A stretch of 64,000 bases of DNA from Candidatus Poribacteria bacterium (GTDB taxonomy: Bacteria > Poribacteria > WGA-4E > WGA-3G). The translations under genes and the position numbers were made by a program. Shown here in pieces: positions 8,821 through 16,732 of this stretch; positions within the stretch are counted from its first letter, which is position 1; every line of letters begins with the position of its first letter. Location of the stretch: the NCBI GenBank assembly GCA_026706025.1, contig JAPOZO010000088.1:35669-99668 (forward strand), read 5' to 3'. A model generated the notes under the pieces. That model was not told the DNA's origin. It saw only the letters and a list, made by a program, of their open reading frames with translations, and made no database searches.

Positions 8821-11800
8821 CTAAAAATAAGACCTACCGAGTGAATTCCCGGCACCGAATGCGTTGTAAGGTGTCCCCGCAGGTAATGTGCGGATGCCCC
8901 ACGTTTCCGTCGTTGCGTCATAACCGACACCCATCGAAACCGCAGGTTCTTGGATGAGGTTCACCTGGAACGTGAAGTCTTGACGGACATTGTCGTAAGG
9001 CGGCTCTCGTTTAATACCGATTCGACTCCAAGAAATTCGGAGATTCCAATCGTGTAGGTTACGTGTCATACTTAAACGTTGTTGATAAAATTGCCCATCA
9101 ATCGGATAATAGATGAGACTGGCATTAAATTCGAGGTTCCGGCTCAAACGGTAACGCCCAGTAGCCGTGATAGACCGCGAAGCACGTCTTGCGGTATGTC
9201 TCTTGCTAAAAGAACTCCCGATACTGACATTCCAAGACTGTCGGGTGTAACGGATGTTGGAACGGAATCCGACCATCTTGAACTGTTTTCCGTCATCTGG
9301 ATGCGGGTTCGGATCGTGTGTAAAACGGAATGTCATGTTAAGGTTTCGACTCGGCAGCGGGACGATTGTAAAATCGCTCTCAATAGGTTCAAACTGACGC
9401 TCATCTAAGGGATCAAATTCTGTGAAATCCGCGGTAAGGCGTGTATCAAAATAGAGGATCCGATGTGGCGATTGGCTCCGCCGAGTTTTGATCTCAATAC
9501 CTGTGTTAAAACTATAGGTAAGACGTTTTCGCTCATAGAAATAGGTGCTGGGACCGAACGGATAGAGGTTCTCATCTCTGTCAACAGCAGGTTGATAATC
9601 GTAACGGAGTGAGGACTGAATCTCGTGCCGTAATTTCCGTAGTCCCGGGACAAAACCGACGTTGTAGATGCGGAAGAGCGTATTTGTAGCCGATCCGTTA
9701 AAACTGAAAACGCTCCGAAAAATGTTCTTGTTTTCATCCTGGTCTCGGTCGTGCCAAACCGTATTTGAGTTGAGGTTAAGGCTCAGCTGCAACTCTCGTA
9801 AAGGCGTAATCAGAAGTGTTGATTGTTTGCGGACATCAAAACCGAGGTCCATTGTTTTCAGGAATACATCTCTCTCTTCCTCACCATCTTTATTCCGAAA
9901 AACCTCCCTAAAGAAGTTGCCGAGTTCAATATCAAGGTCAACACTTGTGCTTTCAAGCGTTGGAAACGAGAGCATTGAGAGGAACGGTTTCTCTGTTTCA
10001 AATTTTTCAGCAACCGTTAACATGCTGTCGTTGAGCGTCTCGAAGAGAGGGAACGCGCTGAGGCGCATCCGTGAAAAATTCACGGTTAATCGAGGAAGTT
10101 TCTGTAACGACCTCGTACCTTCACCCGTGAAATCGTGGATGTGCCGGATTTCCAGTCTACTTGTGATATCGCCAATAGTCTCTCGTGAGAACTTCAGATT
10201 TCCATTTGCATCAAGGTCTTCGAGATCAAAGGTTGATAAACCCGTCCCATAAGTAAGAATTGCAAAAGAGTTGAGTGTAGATTGCGCCGGGAGCTCGTAT
10301 TCTTCCTTATAACTCTGGGATCGAAGTTCCGTCCTGCCAGTGAAACTAATCGGCCTTCTACCTTCTTGACGGTTATCCCATGGCGTATAGATGGAATGTG
10401 TATGCGCCCATCGCGCAATTAGGTTGTTACCGGTTCGGACGGCACTCTGTCGTTGTCCAGAATAAACATCTTTAGCGTAGATATAGAAGTCGCCGCGATA
10501 GGTCCGCTTTCTATCGACTTTGATGAGCCGGAAAGATTTCTTGGTTTGAATAGGTCGTCTCCCCAAGTCGCCAGCATACAAACTCTGTGCTTCCGAGGCT
10601 ACCGGACTCGGGTCTTCCCACCGTCCACGGAATCCGTGTTTTCGATAGATTTTAAGTTCTTCTTCACCTTCTGCGTCCTCTCCTGCGTCCTCTTCTGCGT
10701 CTTCTCCTATGTCTCCTTCGGCAGTTAAGTTTTCTGCGTCCTCTCCTGTGTCTCCTTCGGTGATTAAGTCTTCAGGATCAGTTCCGTTTTGATTAGGAAC
10801 TGCACCGTCCTGCGTGTCCACCTCCACTTCGTTCTGCTCGGCACTCTGTGCGCTATCACCATCATCCGTTTCGTTCTGCTCAACATTCTGTCCATCATCC
10901 ATACCAGTGGTCTCAGCCTCTTGAACAGGAGCCTCGTCAGTGGGAGCAGTATCAGTTTCTTGTAGCTGAATATCCTCAGTAGTATCTTGCGGTGTTTTAT
11001 CCGTTTCAGTTCCTTCTTCAGTCTCTTCAGGTGCAGGATTCATTACGTCTTCGTAAAACGTCTCCCATTCCGCCTCAAATTCCGCTGCGATCACTTCAAA
11101 GGTAGGTGTCTCCTCTTTTCTGATTAATTGGAAGATATAGAGACCTTCAGGCATAGTAATAGGTCGGCGTTCAATAACATCCCCCGGTTTCTCTAAACGT
11201 CTAACAGAGGATTGCCAAGAAGACTCCATCTCGTTTAGTGGCAGTCCTTTGCCTTCATTAACTTCGGAGAGTGCCGGTTGCGCTACATCAGCAAAATCAT
11301 CGGAAAGACTCTCCATCATGTCCGAGGATATTTGCACGAGTTGTTCAAAGGGTTCACCTTCGTGGGCGCGTTGGAGCATATCATCCGCTAATACGCGTAG
11401 CGCGTCCTTTGTATCACCGCTGGCGGTAATAGCGATATCAATACGGCGGAGTTTAACCTCACGTTCACCATAGACATCAACAATCTGATCGGCTTTGAGG
11501 ATGTGAAATGCGGATTCGGTTTGGACGATAGCACTAATTTCGCCTTCTGGTAATGTGAAGGCAGCTGCTTCCAAAGTGGGATCAAGTATCGGTTCACCGT
11601 CCTCGTCGGTTTCGCCGAGGGCAAGGAAACCGAGGTCGCCGCCCTCATAACGGGTATCCGAGTGGTCAGAACTACGCTGCGCGAGTTCCGCAAAGTCTGC
11701 GTCTTCTTCTTGAAGCTGCTTGAGAAGTTCTTCCGCCTGCTCTCTGGCACGGGCAATATCGGCATCCGTAATTTTATATTCCAGAAAAATCTGCTTCAAC

Positions 11801-13005
11801 CAATAGCGATCATATTCACCATCAAGCCGGTCCTGCAATTCTTGGGCTTTTTCCTGTAACTTGGTCCGTTGATTAGGGGTTACATCCGGCGGAATCGGGA
11901 TGTAAATTTCTTGGAACTTTGTATCCGAGAATCGATACTTGCCTTCAAAGCCGTAGCCTTGTCCGCGTCGCGCGCTTCTATCATAAAGCAGTGCCCCATC
12001 ATAACGCCGTTTCCGGGCAATAGGCTGGATAATACTGAGGTAAGGGCCTTGATAACTATCTGTCCCAATTTTGACGATAATCTTGGCTACTTTTCCTTTA
12101 CGGAGATCACGTCGAATCGCGGGGAAATAGAAGAGCGGAAATCCACCAATACGCAAAACGATGTTTTTCGCGATCAACTCCTGATTCATTCGGACAATGA
12201 CTTCGGTGACGCTGAAATAGTAGTGTGGGTGTTTCAGTGAACAGGTGGTCAACGTCGCGCCTCGGATATAGGAGCGATCCTCCTCTATTTTAAAGATTTC
12301 ACTCCCGCCGAAGTACCACGGGTCGCTATATGTGAAGCCGTTGCGTGCAATCCCTTTTTTGTTTTCAAGATTGAAGATGAGTTCATCGGAGTAGGTCTCT
12401 TCATTGCCGACCTTGAGATGAACGTTCCCTGATGCCCGCAACAGATTCTCGTCGAAATCCGCCCAGACATTATCCGCCCGCAAGATGACATCTTCAAATT
12501 TGATGAGAGCATTCCCGTGAATTTGAACGAAATTATCAACGATAGACATATCGTCGCCATCGCCGATGACCATGCCTTCTTCGGGGACATCAGTTTCCGG
12601 ATTTAACCGTTCCGAACCACCTTCTTCTTCCTCTTGTGCCGGTTCCGCTTCGGCATCGGGTGGCTCTGCCTCAGCAGCAGGTGGCTCAGCGGGTTGCGCG
12701 TCGCCTTCTTCGGCGGTATCAGTCTCAGGATCCAACTGTTCTGAACCATTCTCTTCCGCTTCGGCATCGGGTGGCTCTGTCTCAGCAGCAGGTGGCTCAG
12801 CGGGTTGTGCGTCTTGCGCTATAACCGATTGCATTGGGGAAAAGAGATATGCAATGACGAATACGACTGCCGCTATGCACACACACTTCAGCATGAAAAC
12901 GAGCAAGGTGCGTATTCGCGACGGCGGGTTTGTTTCACAAAGGGACACTGCGTTTGCATATTGATGCTGGTGATGGATAGGCAAATCGGAACCGCTCTTT
13001 CTCAC
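8821..13005 (-). CDS. lptD: LptD (OstA) LPS-assembly outer-membrane protein homologue with an inserted SurA-like parvulin PPIase module and acidic tandem repeats. The probable true start is near 12894 (MLKCVCIAAVVF... signal peptide).
   Basis: The N-terminal segment TTCSLKHPHYYFSVTEVIVRMN...IGGFPLFYFPAIRRD aligns with the E. coli LptD jellyroll (TTCEPGHNHWSVVGSEII...VGPVPIFYSPYLQLP). The internal segment DFAELAQRSSDHSDTRYEGGDLGFLALGE...SAFHILK is a parvulin signature. The C-terminal half (about 700 aa) is beta-rich and barrel-like. Confidence 0.8.
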   Translation of the reverse strand: MRKSGSDLPIHHQHQYANAVSLCETNPPSRIRTLLVFMLKCVCIAAVVFVIAYLFSPMQSVIAQDAQPAEPPAAETEPPDAEAEENGSEQLDPETDTAEEGDAQPAEPPAAEAEPPDAEAEPAQEEEEGGSERLNPETDVPEEGMVIGDGDDMSIVDNFVQIHGNALIKFEDVILRADNVWADFDENLLRASGNVHLKVGNEETYSDELIFNLENKKGIARNGFTYSDPWYFGGSEIFKIEEDRSYIRGATLTTCSLKHPHYYFSVTEVIVRMNQELIAKNIVLRIGGFPLFYFPAIRRDLRKGKVAKIIVKIGTDSYQGPYLSIIQPIARKRRYDGALLYDRSARRGQGYGFEGKYRFSDTKFQEIYIPIPPDVTPNQRTKLQEKAQELQDRLDGEYDRYWLKQIFLEYKITDADIARAREQAEELLKQLQEEDADFAELAQRSSDHSDTRYEGGDLGFLALGETDEDGEPILDPTLEAAAFTLPEGEISAIVQTESAFHILKADQIVDVYGEREVKLRRIDIAITASGDTKDALRVLADDMLQRAHEGEPFEQLVQISSDMMESLSDDFADVAQPALSEVNEGKGLPLNEMESSWQSSVRRLEKPGDVIERRPITMPEGLYIFQLIRKEETPTFEVIAAEFEAEWETFYEDVMNPAPEETEEGTETDKTPQDTTEDIQLQETDTAPTDEAPVQEAETTGMDDGQNVEQNETDDGDSAQSAEQNEVEVDTQDGAVPNQNGTDPEDLITEGDTGEDAENLTAEGDIGEDAEEDAGEDAEGEEELKIYRKHGFRGRWEDPSPVASEAQSLYAGDLGRRPIQTKKSFRLIKVDRKRTYRGDFYIYAKDVYSGQRQSAVRTGNNLIARWAHTHSIYTPWDNRQEGRRPISFTGRTELRSQSYKEEYELPAQSTLNSFAILTYGTGLSTFDLEDLDANGNLKFSRETIGDITSRLEIRHIHDFTGEGTRSLQKLPRLTVNFSRMRLSAFPLFETLNDSMLTVAEKFETEKPFLSMLSFPTLESTSVDLDIELGNFFREVFRNKDGEEERDVFLKTMDLGFDVRKQSTLLITPLRELQLSLNLNSNTVWHDRDQDENKNIFRSVFSFNGSATNTLFRIYNVGFVPGLRKLRHEIQSSLRYDYQPAVDRDENLYPFGPSTYFYERKRLTYSFNTGIEIKTRRSQSPHRILYFDTRLTADFTEFDPLDERQFEPIESDFTIVPLPSRNLNMTFRFTHDPNPHPDDGKQFKMVGFRSNIRYTRQSWNVSIGSSFSKRHTARRASRSITATGRYRLSRNLEFNASLIYYPIDGQFYQQRLSMTRNLHDWNLRISWSRIGIKREPPYDNVRQDFTFQVNLIQEPAVSMGVGYDATTETWGIRTLPAGTPYNAFGAGNSLGRSYF
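12600..12830. repeat. About 120-bp tandem duplication inside the lptD 5' region, encoding the acidic repeat DAQPAEPPAAE(T/A)EPPDAEAE
   Basis: Near-identical DNA blocks are visible at 12600-12700 and 12720-12830. Confidence 0.6.
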
Positions 13006-13012
13006 AGGTTTC

Positions 13013-14305
13013 TTACTCTTTCAGATTAATTTTAATGTAGGCGTTTTCAAGCAGTTTGTCAGTATATGCGTCCCATTCTTCCTGAAATCGCTGTTGACGG
13101 AGTATTACGGTAATCTGTGCCTTCTCCGCTTCAGCCAGACCGGGACTATCTCGTTCGTCAACTCTGAAGATATGGAGTCCAAGTTCAGTTTCATAGGGTT
13201 GGCTGTAGGCACCGGAAACCAGCGGTTCAACGACTTCTCGCGTTTTAGGATTGAGCTCCGATAAGGATCTTATCCCAAGATCTCCACCGTTTTCACGTGT
13301 TTCACCATCATCAGAATGTGCCAATGCGAGTTTACTAAAATCTTCACCAGCTTCCAATTTTGCGTAAACTGCGTCAGCGCGCTTGCGCGTTTCTTGTATA
13401 GCCGATGGGCTTGCAACCAAGGGGACAATGAAATACCGAAATTCAATCATCTCGTCAGTTTTCTTTTCAACGGTAAATATATAGAGGCCTCTGTCGCCTT
13501 CAATAGGTTCACTGAGCGCACCTACCGCCAAATTTGTGAGTGAATCCTGAAATATCTTCGGAAATTCACTGAGCTCTTCGGTAGACGCTTTTACGAGACT
13601 GCCTGCCTGCTGAGAGGTATCATTACGTTGTGCTACCTCCTCAAACGTCGCTTTTCCTGTTTCGATTTCATTCAGTGCTTTTTTCACGTTTTCATAAGCG
13701 GCATCGCGATCGGCTTGGTTGGGTTTAAAGGCGATAAAAATGTGTCTTAAATGGACTTTGTCTGTTTTGGTTGATAATTGGTCCCGATTCTCTTCAAAGA
13801 ATTCTTGGATTTCGCTGTCGCGTATCTGTAGCCTGGGGACAATTCTACCCATAACGAGTTTCTCTGTTTTGAGGTTCCGCTCTGATTGTTCACGAAATGC
13901 CGCGAGTGTCATCCCCTCTCGGTTCAGCTGTCTCTCAAATTCCGCGTCGGTCTCGATTTGGTATTTGTCTTTAAAGTCTTTGATGTACTGCTCAACCTCT
14001 GTATCACCGACAGTAATCCTTAATGTCAACGCTGCTTCCAAAAGTAGCATTTGCCGGATAAGTCTGTCCAACAATTCGGAGCGTTGTCGTTCAGCCTCAT
14101 TGAGTGCTTCGCGCTCACTAAAGCGATAAACTTGCTGGAGTTCCATGGCACGTTGGTTCACTAAGACATCAAGCTCGCGTTTGGTGACAATGTCGTCGTT
14201 GACATAAGCGACAATTCTATCAAATGTACGAGCATAAACGCTTGAGATACCACCGCTGATAAGAAAAACGATCAACGTAAGATAGACACCTTTTTTGTAC
14301 AGCAT
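13013..14305 (-). CDS. surA: SurA-family periplasmic chaperone / peptidyl-prolyl isomerase
   Basis: Signal peptide, SurA-like N-domain, one degenerate parvulin, and one canonical parvulin (HSDDGETRENGGDLG...LGLHIFRV). Confidence 0.7.
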   Translation of the reverse strand: MLYKKGVYLTLIVFLISGGISSVYARTFDRIVAYVNDDIVTKRELDVLVNQRAMELQQVYRFSEREALNEAERQRSELLDRLIRQMLLLEAALTLRITVGDTEVEQYIKDFKDKYQIETDAEFERQLNREGMTLAAFREQSERNLKTEKLVMGRIVPRLQIRDSEIQEFFEENRDQLSTKTDKVHLRHIFIAFKPNQADRDAAYENVKKALNEIETGKATFEEVAQRNDTSQQAGSLVKASTEELSEFPKIFQDSLTNLAVGALSEPIEGDRGLYIFTVEKKTDEMIEFRYFIVPLVASPSAIQETRKRADAVYAKLEAGEDFSKLALAHSDDGETRENGGDLGIRSLSELNPKTREVVEPLVSGAYSQPYETELGLHIFRVDERDSPGLAEAEKAQITVILRQQRFQEEWDAYTDKLLENAYIKINLKE

Positions 14306-14469
14306 GTACCTGCTCCTTTATAGAGGTATTCAGTTGTCAGTTATCAGTTAAGAGGGTTCTGATTAAACCATATCCCTCTTGTAACTAACAACTGACAACT
14401 GACAACTACTGACAACTGAAAGGTTTTTCATGCCTCGCAGTGAGAGAAAACCGAACTGACAACTGACAA
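14306..14469. repeat. Composite intergenic element: CTGACAA heptamer arrays flanking a hairpin and a conserved 35-nt core (GAAAGGTTTTTCATGCCTCGCAGTGAGAGAAAACCG). A second copy lies at 54188..54376.
   Basis: The same architecture and a near-identical core occur at both loci. Both abut the stop codon of the upstream minus-strand gene. Confidence 0.55.
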
Positions 14470-15516
14470 CTATTCTTCTGGTTCTGTCGCCGCGGGTGAT
14501 TCCTCTGATTCCGATTCTGCAGCCGGTTCTTCGGGTGCTGCCTCTGGAATCCGGTCAATATAGGTTTTGACCTCGGCACGTTCGCGGAGTTTGCTGACCC
14601 ATTCCGTCATAAGGGCTTCGCGCTTTTCACGGTCAGCCTTTCTCACCACACTCTTGTGGACATCCTCGTCCTCAAAGGGTTTTTGGTATTCATCGCGAGC
14701 CTCATCCTTACGGAACATCATGAAGTATTTCTGACCTTGGACTTCGACTGCAATAACGTCATCGTGGACTTGACCGATCTCTGCAGAGAACGCTGCATCT
14801 AAGAAAGGTTCGGTTCCCGACGGATAAGAATCACGACTGAAGTAGTCGGTATCACCAGGAGAGGATGCATTCGCGCCAGGCCCGACGAGTTCGCCTCGGT
14901 CAGAGAGTTCTTGTGCGGCCTCGGCAATGTCTTTACCGCCTTTGATTTCTGCGGAAACTTCATCAGCCCGTTCCTTATTTATGAGGGTGATACACAAAAG
15001 CTTGACTTGCGCCGGACGGACGTATTCCGCTTTGTGCGCTTCATAGTACGCCATATAATCAGCGTCAGACAAGGTGAGCTTATCGTCAACTTCTTGGGTG
15101 GTAATTCTCTTAACCATCAACTCGTGAAGATAGTCCTGAACCTTCTTGAGAATTTCCGGGTCTTCGTTGAGCTTATGGTCGCGAGCGAGATTGAGAATTA
15201 AGCGGCTCTCCGCCATAAGGAGCATGTAAGTCTCCAACCCCTCTTTGTCCGCATACTGCCGCTGTTTGTATTCTGGCAGTTCGCTAATCTCCTGCATCAT
15301 TTCCTCAAGGGTGATGCGCTGTTTACCGTTCCACTCAAATTCAGCAATAACTGTTCCGTCGCCCCAACTATAAAAGACGGGATGTGTAGCAAGAATCCCG
15401 AGTAAAAGTAAAGGGACGACCGGCAGTCGAAGCTGGCAATCTATTCTACCCATGGATTGGGTAATTCTTGTGAGCATTTTCAATTCTAAACTCCTTTTCT
15501 TATCGCTATCAACCAT
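14470..15516 (-). CDS. SurA/PpiD-like periplasmic chaperone paralog with a degenerate parvulin and an acidic C-tail
   Basis: SurA N-domain-like region plus a single degenerate parvulin-like segment. It is a paralog of the gene at 15652..16620. Confidence 0.5.
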   Translation of the reverse strand: MVDSDKKRSLELKMLTRITQSMGRIDCQLRLPVVPLLLLGILATHPVFYSWGDGTVIAEFEWNGKQRITLEEMMQEISELPEYKQRQYADKEGLETYMLLMAESRLILNLARDHKLNEDPEILKKVQDYLHELMVKRITTQEVDDKLTLSDADYMAYYEAHKAEYVRPAQVKLLCITLINKERADEVSAEIKGGKDIAEAAQELSDRGELVGPGANASSPGDTDYFSRDSYPSGTEPFLDAAFSAEIGQVHDDVIAVEVQGQKYFMMFRKDEARDEYQKPFEDEDVHKSVVRKADREKREALMTEWVSKLRERAEVKTYIDRIPEAAPEEPAAESESEESPAATEPEE

Positions 15517-15651
15517 CGGAAACCATTAGCAATCAGCAAAAAGGGTTCTCTGTAACAATTTACAGCGTCCTACGAGTACGCAAGATAGGATCTATTGTTA
15601 CAGACTTACGACTTCACTGACTGCTGATGACTGATGACTGATGGCTAATTG

Positions 15652-16620
15652 CTACTGTTCTGACTCCTCGGTCTCCGCTTCTTCGGGTTGCGGTGGCGTT
15701 GGAATATTCTCAGGATAGGTTTTCAACTTACCTTTTTCAGAAATCTCGTTGACCCATGCATTGATACGCTCGCGTTTCTTTGTACGCTCAATCGTTCTTT
15801 CGACGTTGCTTTTGACCTCGTCAAATTCCTGCTGGCGTTCGGGTTGATGCTCCTCTTTACGGAAGATAAGGTAAAAGGTTTCGTCGTTGACATCAGTTTC
15901 AAAGACTGCATCTGTCATTTCGCCGACTTCTTGCGCGAAAACAGCCTCAATGAATTCCGACCAGCGCGCTGAAGCAGCTTTTGTGAAGAAGTTGGTATTA
16001 CCCGGATCATCTTCGTTAACACCGGGTCCGTTGGCGAATTTCCCTGCTTCAGCGAGTTCTTTCGCCATATCAACGATGTCTTTTCCTGCTTTAATAGCAT
16101 CAAGCGTCTCGTTGGCGAGGTCCTCATCATCAAGCGTGATGCAGGTTGCGCGAACTTTTGCTTCCTCAACGTACTCACCGAGATTTTCCTGATAATATGC
16201 CATAAGGTCGTCAGTCGTATAGACCACCTTGGCATCAACTTCCATCTCGGTTAATTTTTCAACCATGAGTTGGTGCGTGTAGTCTTCGAGTTTCTTGACG
16301 TGTTCTGAGAGTTTATCAAACCCCTCGTCAGTCGCCCGGAGGATTTTGAGCCGTTCCTCTATCAACTCTCCAAGATATTCGGCTTTATCGGCTCGACTCT
16401 CATAGTTCTGTTGGCGGTAAATAGGAAGTTCTGCGATAGCGGCGTTCAGGTCCGCCAACGAAATTTGGTGTGTGTCGCCGTTCCACTTGTACGCTGCCAC
16501 AATCACCTGGCTCTCGTCCATAACGGGAGCTGGCTCCTCATGACTATCCGATTGGACGAACTTCCAAGTCAATAGGCAGGTCATGGCGACAACTACAAAA
16601 ATAGTAATCGTTCTTTTCAT
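15652..16620 (-). CDS. SurA/PpiD-like periplasmic chaperone paralog with a degenerate parvulin and an acidic C-tail
   Basis: Signal peptide. Its architecture and local sequence are similar to the gene at 14470..15516. Confidence 0.5.
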   Translation of the reverse strand: MKRTITIFVVVAMTCLLTWKFVQSDSHEEPAPVMDESQVIVAAYKWNGDTHQISLADLNAAIAELPIYRQQNYESRADKAEYLGELIEERLKILRATDEGFDKLSEHVKKLEDYTHQLMVEKLTEMEVDAKVVYTTDDLMAYYQENLGEYVEEAKVRATCITLDDEDLANETLDAIKAGKDIVDMAKELAEAGKFANGPGVNEDDPGNTNFFTKAASARWSEFIEAVFAQEVGEMTDAVFETDVNDETFYLIFRKEEHQPERQQEFDEVKSNVERTIERTKKRERINAWVNEISEKGKLKTYPENIPTPPQPEEAETEESEQ

Positions 16621-16732
16621 GTGCTAAAATTTCCTTTCGTCATAATCTGACAAATTTAGGATTTACGCAATTTTTTCCATGAGGTATCATGTTCCAAAAT
16701 CGGGGTTACAAACCCCTCCTACAAAGAAACTA

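Noticed and set aside
8523-8957. 144-aa plus-strand ORF overlapping the 3' end of lptD.
   Set aside because: It lies antisense within a well-supported long gene, shows no motif, and has odd composition.
12566-12964. 132-aa plus-strand Ser/Ala-rich ORF opposite the lptD acidic repeat.
   Set aside because: It is the antisense of a tandem-duplicated coding repeat, with no start context.
14363-14431. Mini-ORF MKNLSVVSSCQLSVVSYKRDMV (minus strand), with a matching MKNLSVFSKETS at 54242-54280. Possible leader peptide.
   Set aside because: The only purine-rich stretch (GAGG) lies 1 nt from the ATG, too close for a Shine-Dalgarno sequence. The conservation is explained by the repeated DNA element itself.
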